Source of the DNA: an uncultured Planctomycetota bacterium
GTDB taxonomy: Bacteria > Planctomycetota > Planctomycetia > Isosphaerales > Isosphaeraceae
NCBI GenBank assembly: GCA_963823665.1
Contig: CAWGMQ010000010.1
Span: forward strand, 1,216,001-1,280,000
Direction: 5' to 3'
DNA: 64,000 bases
This document shows positions 10,539 through 21,509 of the stretch, one piece after another. The translations under genes and the position numbers were made by a program. A model generated the notes under the pieces. That model had not been told where the DNA came from, ran no database searches, and saw only the letters and a list, made by a program, of their open reading frames with translations. Positions within the stretch are counted from its first letter, which is position 1, and each line of letters starts with the position of its first letter.

Positions 10539-13500
10539 TCATGTTGATCGGTGGAGGGCGTTCGCCGTTTCGTCGGCCAATGGATCGGAAAGCGAGGCGC
10601 GTACGAGCATGGGGTCAACGGGTCGAGCCTTGCAGAAGAGGCCGAAGCAGAGCAAGCACACCATGCCCGCGGCACGAGACCACCAGGCCGATCTGGAATG
10701 ATCGCGGTGTGAACGTGTAAACGAGACGGTGATGGCCGGCGGGCACCAGAGCACCGCGCATCAACTGGTTGACCTGATAGATCTTCGCGGGCTTGTCGTC
10801 GATTGTGAGCTGCCAACCGGGATAATAGACATCGGCGAGCACAACGAGGCCAGGTGACTCGAGGTCGGCTTCGAGGACGGCCCGCTGGGGCGACGGATAG
10901 CTGACCGCGACGTTCTCGGAGTTGGCTGGCGGGCGGTCCGAGAGCTTGGGACTGACCTCGGAGATGTCGTCGCCGGCGACCCAGGCGAGCAGATGCGGAT
11001 CAAACGAGACTTTGGTGTGGTCCACCCAGAAACGGTCATTCGCGTAGAGCATTTCTTCGATCGCCGCGCTGCGAGATGCTCGCGAGAGGCCAACGGGGCG
11101 CTCGACTGCGCGCACGCGATGCACAACCCATGCACGAGGAAACTCTTGTTCATTTCGCATGATACGATAGTCTTTGGTCTCGATCCACTGCATCTGCTTA
11201 TCCTTGCCGCCCTTGACGATGAACTGGCCTGCCTTGGGGTAGACGGCTCGAGCCTGGTCGAGGAAGGCGGCTGTGGCGCGCGATTCGTCTTTCCAGCCGT
11301 TGGGAAAAAAGGGGAGGACGAAGTACCGCGTGTTCCAGAGGTCGAAGCCTCTGCGGGGGTAATAGATGATCTCGTCACCCGACTTGATGCCGAGGTCTGC
11401 GGCGGTCTGTGCGTTCTGGAGGTGGCGTGGGAAGCCGGCGAAGAACCACTCGTAGTCGTAGAGCTCGGCGACGCCGATCGTGTGCGTGTATTCGACGCCC
11501 TGGTCGATACCGTATTTGGGCTGGAGCGTGCCACGCTCCCAGGCGACGAAATCGCCCAGACGGTCCGGCGAGGACGACCTGTTCCAGCCGGGAGGGTTCC
11601 ATTGGGCCATGCGGTGGATGCGGAACGGGCCGGGTGCCGGGTGGGCACGCTCTTCGCGTTCAATGAGCTCGAGAACCTCCGGCTTGGTGTCGAAAAGCGA
11701 CTGTGGAACCGTGAATATGAAACGCGCATTGGCGGCGGCGAGGTCGAACGACACAACGAGCAGCAGGAAACCGGCCGCGAGCGCGGCGCGGGTCCGGAGC
11801 AGCCTGAGCGCCAGCAATCCGAGCGCGAACACGGCCGATGCGTGCGCGAGAGACCGGATGATGGCCCGGACCGCGCCCTGGGCGTCCAGTGGGCCGAACA
11901 TCGAGTTGGATTCGATGCCTTGTATCGCTGCAAACAATGCCCGGCGCTCGACGAGAACGGCGGCGAGCAAGCAAACGGTTACTGCGAGCAGAAGGGCGGT
12001 GATGGTGCTCGCGCCGCGATTTCGACCGGCTCGCACGCGGTCGCAGCCGATGCCGGCGAGCGCGGCCAAAGCGAGTGCCGTGAAGGTGAAGAGCTTTGCG
12101 GGGAAGCGAAATTGACGGAAGCCGGGCAAGAACGCAGCGATCAGCCAGTAAACGCCGCCATCGCCATCGCGGAGGAAGCCGTCCTCGCGGATGGGGTTGG
12201 TGCCGTGTTTGTCGACCGGCCCCAGGACGGCCGCGGCGGTCGCGATAGGGCCGGCGGGAGAAATTGCAGCGAGAGCACGCGTCACCCAGATCGGGCTGGT
12301 GTATTCGCCGATCGCACCGACGGTGCTCACGATGGCAATCCAGGAAAGCCACACACGCCAGGGCGGTCCTTTGCGAAAAGCGAGTGCGGAGAGTGCCACG
12401 ACGAACGTCATTCCGCCGAGGTAGAGCGATGGCACCCAGATCTTGGGATAGGCGCCCGGCAGTCGGATGATCGCTGCCCAGTAGGTGTTACTTCCGAATT
12501 GAGCACCGTAGATGTTGGGCCAGATCAGTTCAATCAGCCGATGGGGTTCGATGCTGAAGGCGTACAATTCATGAGTGCCCGGCTCCGATGCACGTGTCGT
12601 CTGCTGCGTGAACTCGATGACCGGGAAAAGCTGCGCCGCCGTGGCCGCGGTCGCGAGGATGGCCGAGACTGCGAGGCCAAGGACCATCGCGCCCAAAGGG
12701 TTTCGCCAAGGGCGACCTCGCCATCGGTAGAGAAAGATGCCTGCGATCACCAGCCAGGCAGCGAGCACCGCGGTGCTCAACGCGCCGATCCAGGGCAGGG
12801 GAGGTATTGGCGGGCCGTCGTGGGGCGGCCTGAATCTCGGGAACACGATGCCCATGATCACGGTTGCGGCGAACCACGCCGCGAAGAGCGCGACGGCGAC
12901 TGCCGCCACCCGCAAAGCTCGACCGCGGCGTTTCGGTGGAGTTGGTCCCGCATGGGACGAGGCTCGTTCGGGTGCTGCGCAGGCGTGCTCTGGTAAGCGC
13001 CAGCGCATAGCCGAGCCCAGCGATCCCGAGCAGGAAGGCCGACTGCGGGTCGCCACCGAGAACCTGAAGTCCCAGGACAAGGGCCAGTTCCAGGATAGCC
13101 CAGCGCCGGCCCAGCCGGACCCAGCGGTCGACGGCATGAACTCCCAGCGGAAGCCACGCGGCGCCGACCAGGTAGATGATATTGCAGTACTGAAACAGGA
13201 TCGGTGCACCAAAGGTATAACTGAGGGCACTGACGCCCGCCCCGCCCCAACCGGTTTTCCAGGATCTCATGAGAATCGAGCATTGCCGTGAATGCGACAA
13301 GCGAATGGGCCACGATGTAAATCCGCGCCGCCCACTTGTACGGAAGAACGTTGAAGACGATCTTGCCCGGGTAGAGCACCGCCGCCGTCGGGTTACCGAG
13401 CAGCGGCATGCCACTATTCTCCTCAGGCTCCCAGAGGGGCCATCGACGCTCGTTCCATTCCTTTTGCACCCGCGCGTGGAGCGGGTAGTAATAATGGCCG

Positions 13501-13610
13501 GCGTCTCGAAATCCGAACTGGCGATCTTTGAACAGGGCCGGCGCGTAGCAGCACAGAAAGAGAGCGGTGAAACAAGCCAAAAGCAACATCACCAGGAAGA
13601 CGGGACGCAT
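10539..13610 (-). CDS. YfhO-family membrane protein (GT-C fold); about 3 frameshifts (near 13275, 12975, 10670)
   Basis: RDAGHYYYP...PLWEP...GMPLLGNP...LYP, GGDPQ, FRFPAK, LADVYYPGW...MRGALVPAGHH spread over ORFs 12858-13610, 12569-13414, 10615-13230 and 10539-10754. Confidence 0.85.
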
Positions 13611-13655
13611 GCGGACCTCACCGGCCGCGATCGGCGTGAACGCATACCGATCTGT

Positions 13656-15114
13656 TCACTTCAGGGTAAACGGATGAGTTGCGGATCGCGCAACTTTGGC
13701 CGGCGGCGTGAGTGCCGCTTTAGGGTCGGGCGATTTCCCGTCAGGGCCTGGCGGAAGCTTGGGCAGGAGCTCGTCGAGTTTCTTCGTCTCGCCGCTCAGT
13801 GCCTTCATGAACGCGACCACGTCGGCCTTCTCCTGTGCAGTGAGCTTGAGCGGTTTCATGTCGGGGTCGAGCGACGAGTTGGGTGTTCCGCCTTTGTCAT
13901 AATGATCCATCACTTGTTCGAGTGTCGCCAGGCTGCCGTCGTGCATGTACGGTGCGGTGTGAGCGACCTCGCGAAGCGTCGGCGTCTTGAATGCGCCGAT
14001 CGCTGCGTCCACCTTGGCGCCGATCGGGTCGATCGCCCAGCGGCCCAAGTCGGCGAACTTGCCGGTCTTCTCGTCATAACCGATTCCCAGGTTGTGGAAA
14101 CCTTCATCCGTGAAATTGAAGCCCTGATGGCAGAGAGTGCATTTGGCCTTCTGCCGGACGACGTCCGTCTTGAAGTCGTCGTCGGTGTTCGAGGTCAAGC
14201 CGAACAGGACGAGGCCGCGCTTCTCGCTTTCGGAAAGAGCTTTGTTGTCACCGGCATTGTACTTGTCATAAGGCGAATTCCCCGAAAGTGCGGCGACCCG
14301 TTCAAACGTGGCGATCGCCTTGGCCATTCCGTCGAGCGTGACGGGCGTGCCGAAGACTTTCTCGAATTGCTCGATATATCCGTGGATCTTCGCGAGGCGG
14401 TTGATGATCTGGTCGTATTTCTGGTCGCCCATTTCGATCCGGTTCTGGATGGGTCCTTGAGCCTGGCCTTCGAGCGACGGTGCCCGGCCGTCCCAGAACA
14501 TCAACTTCCCGTATGTGGTGTTGATCACCGTCGGAGCGCTGCGATCGCCGGTTTGACCGTTGATTCCGATCGAGACTGCGCATCCCGTCGGTCCAGCCCC
14601 GGGCGGGGTTATGGCAGGTTGCGCAGCTCACTGTGCCGTCGAGCGAAACTCTCGGATCGAAGTAGAGCTGGCGGCCCAGCTCGTATTTGCCGTTCGTGAT
14701 CGGATTCGACGCGGGCACGTAGATTTTCGGCGTGAGGGGCTGCAATCCGAGCGGCACTTTGACGGCGAGCGGCTCGTCCTTGATGAGCTCCGGCCTGGAT
14801 GGCGACCACATATGCGCGAACGGCGTCGGACCGAAGCTGGACTCGCCTCCTTTCACTTCCCCTTTGACCGTATCGGCGAGTTGCTTGGTATCGATCGGAC
14901 GGGCCGGAGAAGTCACATTTGTCCCGCCCTTCTGCTCTGGCTGCGCGTCTGCCCCAGCGCCGGTGCCGCTCGGCGACCCGGGCGGTTTTTGGCTCGAGAC
15001 ATTCTGCGGCACACCCGCGGTCTGCGCTTCATCGCCACTCTGGCAGCCTGCAATGACACCCAGCACCAATCCACCGAGGAGACCCATCGCTCTTGATCGA
15101 ATCCACCAGCTCAT
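13656..15114 (-). CDS. Di-haem cytochrome c peroxidase (bCcP/MauG family), lipoprotein; frameshift near 14578
   Basis: Lipobox VIAGC, LGRQLYFDPRVS, CATCH, FWDGRA, CTLCH, FKTPTLR, APYMHDGS; GGAGG-like RBS before ATG 15114. Confidence 0.92.
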
Positions 15115-15290
15115 CACCGCCCTCCGCTCCAATCTGTCAACGCGAGCAGACACACTTCTCTGCTCTTCCACGCGCGCAAGCTGAGCTTGCACCTTACCCT
15201 GTTTGCGGGCAAGCGGCAACCGTCAGCTTGCCCGCGCTTTCGCACGATCAAGCGCGACGCCAACACGCACGGCGAAGCACTCGCCATCGA

Positions 15291-15662
15291 CTACTTCTTT
15301 TTCGCCAGCAGCCCTTCGGCATTCCGCTGGGCCTGATCAACCAGATTGTCCCAGTGCTGGTCGACGTATTGAGGCGGACCACCCTTCTGCGCAACGTGGT
15401 ACGAAACGTCGATCGTGTCCACCATATCAATCGCATCCCAGGGGCAGACCTGCGCACAATGCTTGCAGCCGATGCACCGATCGAGATCGATGTCGCAAAA
15501 GGTCTGCAGCGATGCGTGTTCCTCTCCTGGAACCTTATAGATACAGTCCACAGGGCATACCTCGAGGCAGGCCTCGCAACCCGTACAACCATCAGCGTGA
15601 ATCACCGCGAGGATCTTGGGGATGACTTTTCGCGGCTTGCCGGCCAGGGACGCTGCTGCCAT
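15291..15662 (-). CDS. 2[4Fe-4S] ferredoxin
   Basis: CTGCEACLEVCP and CIGCKHCAQVCP. Confidence 0.92.
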   Translation of the reverse strand: MAAASLAGKPRKVIPKILAVIHADGCTGCEACLEVCPVDCIYKVPGEEHASLQTFCDIDLDRCIGCKHCAQVCPWDAIDMVDTIDVSYHVAQKGGPPQYVDQHWDNLVDQAQRNAEGLLAKKK

Positions 15663-16253
15663 ATCACTTTTCCCCAGGTTCGCTGACGTTTCGGTGTCGG
15701 ATTCGCCGTGATTCCATGCGAACCCCCCGCATCGATCATGTCACGGAAAGCGAGCTACCGCGTGGCGGCCTTCGGTTTCGGCAGGGTCTTGGCGAAGGCG
15801 AAACCCGTCACGAGACTCACCATGATTATCGTCCTTTTGGGTGCAAGGGTCAAGCCACCGTGATTCAGCCTGTCGAAACCGGTGCGTCGAGGGCCGCGAT
15901 CGCGAGGCTCGGCTCGAGTAAACACGCCGGTGCCGCCGATCGCGCCAGCATCGCGCGTTCGATTGCTCACCGTCCCTTCCCTATAATAACATGCGCCGAA
16001 TTTCAGTGATTGGCAACAAATCCCGCCAAAAAAAGTGCAATCACGCAACTGATACGGCTGCAACGTTTCGAGTTACGGCTTTGCGCGATTTCTTCGTTAA
16101 TTGTGAACACGCGGTCGAATATTAACGCGGTCCTCCGATGCGTCATCGAGGGCGTGGTGAAAGACAACGGAAGCACCTCAGAGAACCTGAATCCGCTTTG
16201 CAGTGTGCTACTCGACTTTGAACCGGCCCCGGTTATCTGACGCTTCGGTGCGA

Positions 16254-18128
16254 TCAATTGACATCGTGCTTCGCAATCGAGTCGTCCACGATCCCGATCA
16301 GCGGCGTGAGGCTGCGTGGGATCGCGGGCTCGAGAGACCTGCCGGCTGTAATCGCGGCGGCGGCGCGATTGTATCGCTCCTGCGCCAGAACCCGGTCGGC
16401 GGGATCATAACGCGCGTACGCTTGGCGTGAATAAAAACCGGAAGACCGCTCACAGACCTTGGCCCATTTTCTGGCGTCCATCTTGAAATGACTGGCGCAT
16501 TCTTGCAGCTCGATCAGCGGGACCGGGGTCGACTCCGGCCACCCGAATGCGTGACGTGCTCGAAGCTGCTCAAGCACGTTGCGGGCCACGGCGATGGTTC
16601 CCACGAGATTCATATGGTGAGCGTCGTGGTACAGGTAATCATCCAGAATACCGTCAGGGCTCACCTTCGTCAGAATCGACGGCGCGTCGACCAGCATCGA
16701 TCCATACTGGCGCGCGACCGAATGAAAGACTGCTCGGAAGTCCGACTGGCAGCGAACCGGCAAGCCATCCCGGTCTCGGGCCTCGACGAATTCACGACCG
16801 GCTTCCTGCCATTGCCCGGTTTCGACGAGAGCTTTTCCAAGACGATAGTGGCTTTCTGCAAACTCGGGGTGGCTCGCGATCAGACGGCGGTACGCGGCAA
16901 TCGCCTTCTGGGGGTCGGGGGCCTCGCTCACGCTCGCGGTCCGAAATTCGGTCGCGAAGTCCGCCCTTTCCAGAGGAGAAGTGTCCGAGGAGAGAAAGGA
17001 CCTGCTGGGCTCGTAGGCTCCGTCGTTCGAGCCGGGAACAATCATGATCGGGAACGCGCCGATCCGGTTGCAATACTCCGCCAGCGATTCGAGCCGGCGC
17101 CGGAACTCTTCCAGCAGATACCGATACTCTCGCGGCGTGAAACACGGGCGGTCCACCAGCTCACGGCTCACGTGGGGCGGCGGTGGCGCCTCGCCGTAGA
17201 ATCGATCCAGGTTCTTCAAGATCACATGCGTCGTGGAGCTGAGCGACCGCGCGAGTTCTTGCAGGCCCAGCAGGCTCTCCGGTCCGTCCTCGACATAGTG
17301 CGCCACGTTACGATCCCAGCCATACCTCGCGTGGAATTCGTTGTGCCCCGAAAAGAGCAGGATTGCGTCTGGCTTGTAATCGAGCCCGTCGAGCGCCAGC
17401 AACGCCTGTTCGAGGCAGAAGCCGCCTCTGGCGCGCACGTCGACGTCAACCCCCCTGCCTGGAAGGACGCTTTCCAGCTTCCAGCCAACAATCTGGGCGA
17501 CAGAGATCCACGGTTCGTAAGGCTCGCCCGCCGCACTCGATTCACCAATGACCAGGATCTTCAGCTTGGAACCGCTCGATGGCTTCGTCACTCGAACAGG
17601 ATCACTCGAGCCCGCGTCCTTGCCGCGTTCTTCCGGGCGGATTCGCTCTCGAGCGTTGGCTCCCTCGGGATGAAACCTGGCTCCAGGATTGGCCGCCTCG
17701 TTCCTCTTGCTCGATTGCGGGTCGGGGATCCGGTAGGAATGTCGATCCATCATCCTTACAACGACTTCCATCACGATCAAGGACGCCGAGCAGCTCGTGC
17801 ACAGGAGCACCCATTTCATTGAATGCACGAACGCGCCACGATCGCGTCGTCGTCGAGCCCGCACAAGCGCGATCCATGACCACACCATGCCGATCGCCGC
17901 CGCGGGGACCGCGAGGATGAAGGCTCCAAGTAGAAACCAGAGGAGGACGATCCCGCCTCGAATGATCACCCAGTGCGGCGTGATCGCCTTCAGCCACGGC
18001 AACCCAGCCCCCAGGAGCAAGAAGGCACCAACCGTCGCCGCCGCTGGAATAGCAAGCTGGCGGGACCCGCCGGACAGAACTTGCCGTGAAGGCGATCGGT
18101 GCTCCGCATCGGAGTCGCGATGCATCAT
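16254..18128 (-). CDS. Membrane-anchored SGNH/GDSL-like protein with TPR
   Basis: N-terminal TMs, IGESSAAG, SGHNEF, TPR (PEFAESHYRLG), HDAHH. Confidence 0.8.
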   Translation of the reverse strand: MMHRDSDAEHRSPSRQVLSGGSRQLAIPAAATVGAFLLLGAGLPWLKAITPHWVIIRGGIVLLWFLLGAFILAVPAAAIGMVWSWIALVRARRRRDRGAFVHSMKWVLLCTSCSASLIVMEVVVRMMDRHSYRIPDPQSSKRNEAANPGARFHPEGANARERIRPEERGKDAGSSDPVRVTKPSSGSKLKILVIGESSAAGEPYEPWISVAQIVGWKLESVLPGRGVDVDVRARGGFCLEQALLALDGLDYKPDAILLFSGHNEFHARYGWDRNVAHYVEDGPESLLGLQELARSLSSTTHVILKNLDRFYGEAPPPPHVSRELVDRPCFTPREYRYLLEEFRRRLESLAEYCNRIGAFPIMIVPGSNDGAYEPSRSFLSSDTSPLERADFATEFRTASVSEAPDPQKAIAAYRRLIASHPEFAESHYRLGKALVETGQWQEAGREFVEARDRDGLPVRCQSDFRAVFHSVARQYGSMLVDAPSILTKVSPDGILDDYLYHDAHHMNLVGTIAVARNVLEQLRARHAFGWPESTPVPLIELQECASHFKMDARKWAKVCERSSGFYSRQAYARYDPADRVLAQERYNRAAAAITAGRSLEPAIPRSLTPLIGIVDDSIAKHDVN

Positions 18129-18221
18129 GATATATAAATTACCCGAATTCGAATGGAATCGACCGGCCTGACGGGCATTGACGTTCTCGCGGTGCACCGG
18201 CTGTCGACGAACGCATTGCGG

Positions 18222-19730
18222 CTAATGCGCATGACCTTCCCCGTGATCGCCGCCGGATGGAGACGCGGTTTCCACTTGAGCATTCTCGTGGTCACCGGCG
18301 CCCGCCCGCGGCATGAACCCATAGAAAAGCTTGACGGCCGCTTGAATGTAGCCTTTCTCGAGCGTGCCTGCCTTGGCCTGAAGCGCGAGCAGGCGCAGCA
18401 CACGCCCGTACGACGGATCGACGGGCACAGCAGCCGCGAGCTTCTGCAGCGAGAGGCCCTTTTCCATCGCCAGCGCGACTGCATGAATGACCATGCTCGA
18501 TTCGCCGCCGGCGACGGTTGCCCCCAGAATCCTCCCGTTCGGCGACGCAACCACCTTGGCGAAGCCATCCGTCTCCCCGTCAATCACGGCAGCGTCAACA
18601 TCGCCGAAGCCAACTCGGTACACGCGGCAAGGAATCTCTTTCGCCATCGCATCCGCCTCGGTGATCCCGACTCCCGCTACCATGGGATCGGTGAAAGTCG
18701 CCCACGGAATCGTCGCATAGGTCATCTTCTTGCGAATCCGCAGCACCGCGTTCTGGAACACTGTCATCGCTTCTTGCTCCGCGACGTTTGCCGAGAAGTG
18801 CTTCATGAGCACATCACCCACTGCGTACGCCCGCGTCGAATGGGTTTGGAGGTATTCGTCGACTTCAATCCCATGCGCGGCATCGGCATGGATTCCCGCC
18901 GCTTCGAGGTTCAGTTGAGCAACATTCGCGACCCGCCCCGCGGTGACCAGAATCGCTTCGCTTGCCGTCTCCCCGCCGTTGCCCGTCGCCCTCCCGCGGA
19001 ACGTGCAAACTTTGTCCGAGCCGCGCGGTTCAACCTTCAAGAGCTCCACGCCCGTATGAATCGAGAGCCCCTCATCCGTCAATCGCTTCGCGACAAATGA
19101 CGAAGCTTCCGGATCGTCGCGCGGCAGAACTGAATCCAGCGTGGTGAGCACCGTAACCTTCGAGCCCAGCCGCGCGAAACACTGGGCAAACTCGAGTCCA
19201 ACCGGCTCCGTCGTGATCACCGTCAGGCTTCTCGGCAGCGCTGAAAGCGACCAGATCGATTCCGAATCGAGATATCCGCATTGCGCGAGCCCCGGAATCT
19301 CGGGCGCGGCCGCGCGAGCCCCCGTCGCAATCACGAACCGGTTACTCGGCAGCAGCTTTCCTTCTACTTCGACTGTGTCGTAAGCCGAAAATGCCGCCGA
19401 TCCCTGGTGAATTTCGATGTCTTCTTGCGTCAGGATTTCGGCCGAGCTAGCATGTTCAAGCGTTCCCGCGATCGCTCTCACATTCGCGATCACCGCGGCG
19501 AAATCGACCTGCGGCTCGCTGGTCTTGATTCCGAATCGTGCCGGCCCTCTCATCTGATGCACCAGTCGGGCGGCCTGGAAGAGACCCTTGCTCGGCCAGC
19601 AGACCGATCCCGATGTCTTGTTCCCGAGCCGGGCCTTATCGACGAGCGCGACCCTCGCGCCCACGCGGGCCGCCGCGGTCGCGACGATCCTGCCGGCCGA
19701 GCCACCACCGATCACCACAAGGTCATACAT
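18222..19730 (-). CDS. Class-I pyridine nucleotide-disulfide oxidoreductase homologue (MerA/Lpd-like) with degenerate catalytic motifs
   Basis: DLVVIGGGSAG, CWPSK, IATGAR, YAVGDV, TFTDP, ILGAT. Confidence 0.85.
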   Translation of the reverse strand: MYDLVVIGGGSAGRIVATAAARVGARVALVDKARLGNKTSGSVCWPSKGLFQAARLVHQMRGPARFGIKTSEPQVDFAAVIANVRAIAGTLEHASSAEILTQEDIEIHQGSAAFSAYDTVEVEGKLLPSNRFVIATGARAAAPEIPGLAQCGYLDSESIWSLSALPRSLTVITTEPVGLEFAQCFARLGSKVTVLTTLDSVLPRDDPEASSFVAKRLTDEGLSIHTGVELLKVEPRGSDKVCTFRGRATGNGGETASEAILVTAGRVANVAQLNLEAAGIHADAAHGIEVDEYLQTHSTRAYAVGDVLMKHFSANVAEQEAMTVFQNAVLRIRKKMTYATIPWATFTDPMVAGVGITEADAMAKEIPCRVYRVGFGDVDAAVIDGETDGFAKVVASPNGRILGATVAGGESSMVIHAVALAMEKGLSLQKLAAAVPVDPSYGRVLRLLALQAKAGTLEKGYIQAAVKLFYGFMPRAGAGDHENAQVETASPSGGDHGEGHAH

Positions 19731-19929
19731 CGCTGGTTACCAATTCCGAGAGAGAGCGTGTTGCCGTGATAAGCCCGTTGGCCCACAAGGCCGCGGGTGC
19801 GCCGTAGCGTGTCGCGAAATCGCAATATACACTCTGCTCTTGGAGGTTGTTAGTTCTTACCCGTTCGTTCTGAATCGCCCTGATCACGGCGGCTCCGCCG
19901 TCCGTCTCTTTATCCTGGATGCGCCCATC

Positions 19930-21468
19930 ATGCCTCGAAAGGTCGCCATATTCTGGCCCGGAGATTATCGAGCCAGGCCGAATGAGTGGGCTCTCACCCA
20001 GTCCCGCGAGGCAACCTCGCAGCTCACCAGGGCGCTGCAAAAACTCGGGCGAACCCCGTACCTGGTCGAGGGCTACCTCACGCGGCCGGACGAATCGATC
20101 GCCAGGCTCGGTCCGATCGACGATCCCCTGATCGGTCTCTACGTCCACTGGACCTATGCGCCACACACGGTTGATGGAGTCGTCGGCAAAGATAACCCGC
20201 TCCTCCTCGCCTCGAATTTCTCGGGCACCTGGCCGGGCCTGGTGGCGCTTCTCAACACCGGCGCCTCGCTCGAAAGCGTCGGCCGGCCTGCCTCGCGCAT
20301 CTGGTCCGATTCCACCGACTGGACGGCCGATGCCCAGTTCATGGAGCGGCTCGACGAGTGGTGCACCTCCGGCCGCATCGCATATGACACCGGCGAGCTC
20401 CGAGCTGCTGCGGCGATCCGTCCCGAGGCAATCGCCGTCGCAAGCAGAGTGGCCGCCGAAATCCGCCGCCGTCGCGTGATCGCGCTCATGCTCGGCGACA
20501 CCTCGATGGGCATGATCAACGGATACTTCGGACCGAGATTGCTCTATCCCATCGGATTCACCGAGCACAAGGTCGACCAGGCCTGGCTGCTTGATCGCTG
20601 CAAAACGATCACCGAGAAGCGCGTCGGCGACGCATTCGACTTCGTCCAGGACCGCGGCGTCGTCTTCCACTGGAACGAGCCCGATGCCGCTGACTTCACG
20701 CCCGAGGCAACCCGCGAGCAACTCCGGGGCTACCTCGCTGCGCTCGATTTGATGGCGGAGTTCAAGGCCGACTGCCTGGGCTGGCAGTATCAGCTCGGGC
20801 TCCTCAATCTCCTTCCCCCCAGCGATTTCGCCGAGGGCCTGCTCAACTCCCACTGCCGGCCCGAAGGAAACGGCCGCGTCGTGATCACCAGCACCGAAGC
20901 CGACCAGGGGAACCTCGTCCCGATGGAGCTCATGAAACGCGTCTTGATCGCGCGCGGCATGCCCGAAGCCGTCATGTTCCACGACGTGCGCTGGGGTGCC
21001 CGCCACGACGACCGCTTTCTCTGGGTCCTGCTCAATTCCGGAAGCTGCTCGGCTTATGCATTCAACCACGACGTCTCGACCCTCCGCGGTGTTCATAGCT
21101 ACCGGCAGCCTGCCGGCTATTTCCCCGTGCCAGGCGGCACCTTCGCCGGCTCGAGCCTTGAGGGCGCAATCACCTGGGCCCGCTCCTGGATTGATCACTC
21201 CGGCAAGCTCGTCATGGACCTGGGCCGCGGCGAATCGGTTGCTCTCCCCGACCAGGTGCGCGAGTCCTGGTGGCGCGGCACAACCCGCCAGTGGCCGTTC
21301 ATGGCCGCCGACCTCGGCTGCTCCATGGAAACAATTATGGCCCATTATATGAGCAATCACATCGCCGTGGCCTACGGCGATATCTTCGGCGAAATGGTCG
21401 CATTGTCTCGGTCGCTGGGCTTCCAGGTGCGGATCCTCACTTCCGAAGCAGGTCAGGCTTCAGCCTGA
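19930..21468 (+). CDS. L-fucose/L-arabinose isomerase-like protein
   Basis: WPGLV, SMGM, WQYQ, TEADQG, HDVRWG, NSG, SNHIAVAY motifs; start taken at MPRKVAIF. Confidence 0.75.
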   Translation: MPRKVAIFWPGDYRARPNEWALTQSREATSQLTRALQKLGRTPYLVEGYLTRPDESIARLGPIDDPLIGLYVHWTYAPHTVDGVVGKDNPLLLASNFSGTWPGLVALLNTGASLESVGRPASRIWSDSTDWTADAQFMERLDEWCTSGRIAYDTGELRAAAAIRPEAIAVASRVAAEIRRRRVIALMLGDTSMGMINGYFGPRLLYPIGFTEHKVDQAWLLDRCKTITEKRVGDAFDFVQDRGVVFHWNEPDAADFTPEATREQLRGYLAALDLMAEFKADCLGWQYQLGLLNLLPPSDFAEGLLNSHCRPEGNGRVVITSTEADQGNLVPMELMKRVLIARGMPEAVMFHDVRWGARHDDRFLWVLLNSGSCSAYAFNHDVSTLRGVHSYRQPAGYFPVPGGTFAGSSLEGAITWARSWIDHSGKLVMDLGRGESVALPDQVRESWWRGTTRQWPFMAADLGCSMETIMAHYMSNHIAVAYGDIFGEMVALSRSLGFQVRILTSEAGQASA

Positions 21469-21475
21469 CGATTTC
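21448..21475. repeat. REP-like family B copy overlapping the isomerase stop codon
   Basis: GCAGGTCAGGCTTCAGCCTGACGATTTC. Confidence 0.75.
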
Positions 21476-21509
21476 TTGAAACCAATTCCCTGTCATTCTC
21501 CGTTTCCTC

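Noticed and set aside
16044..16077. Imperfect inverted repeat CGCAACT...AGTTACG as a dif/Xer site
   Set aside because: Does not fit the 11-6-11 dif consensus; single occurrence.
18222..19730. Calling merA or lpdA
   Set aside because: Lacks the CxxxxC pair, the C-terminal CC and the HPT motif; no mer or dehydrogenase context.
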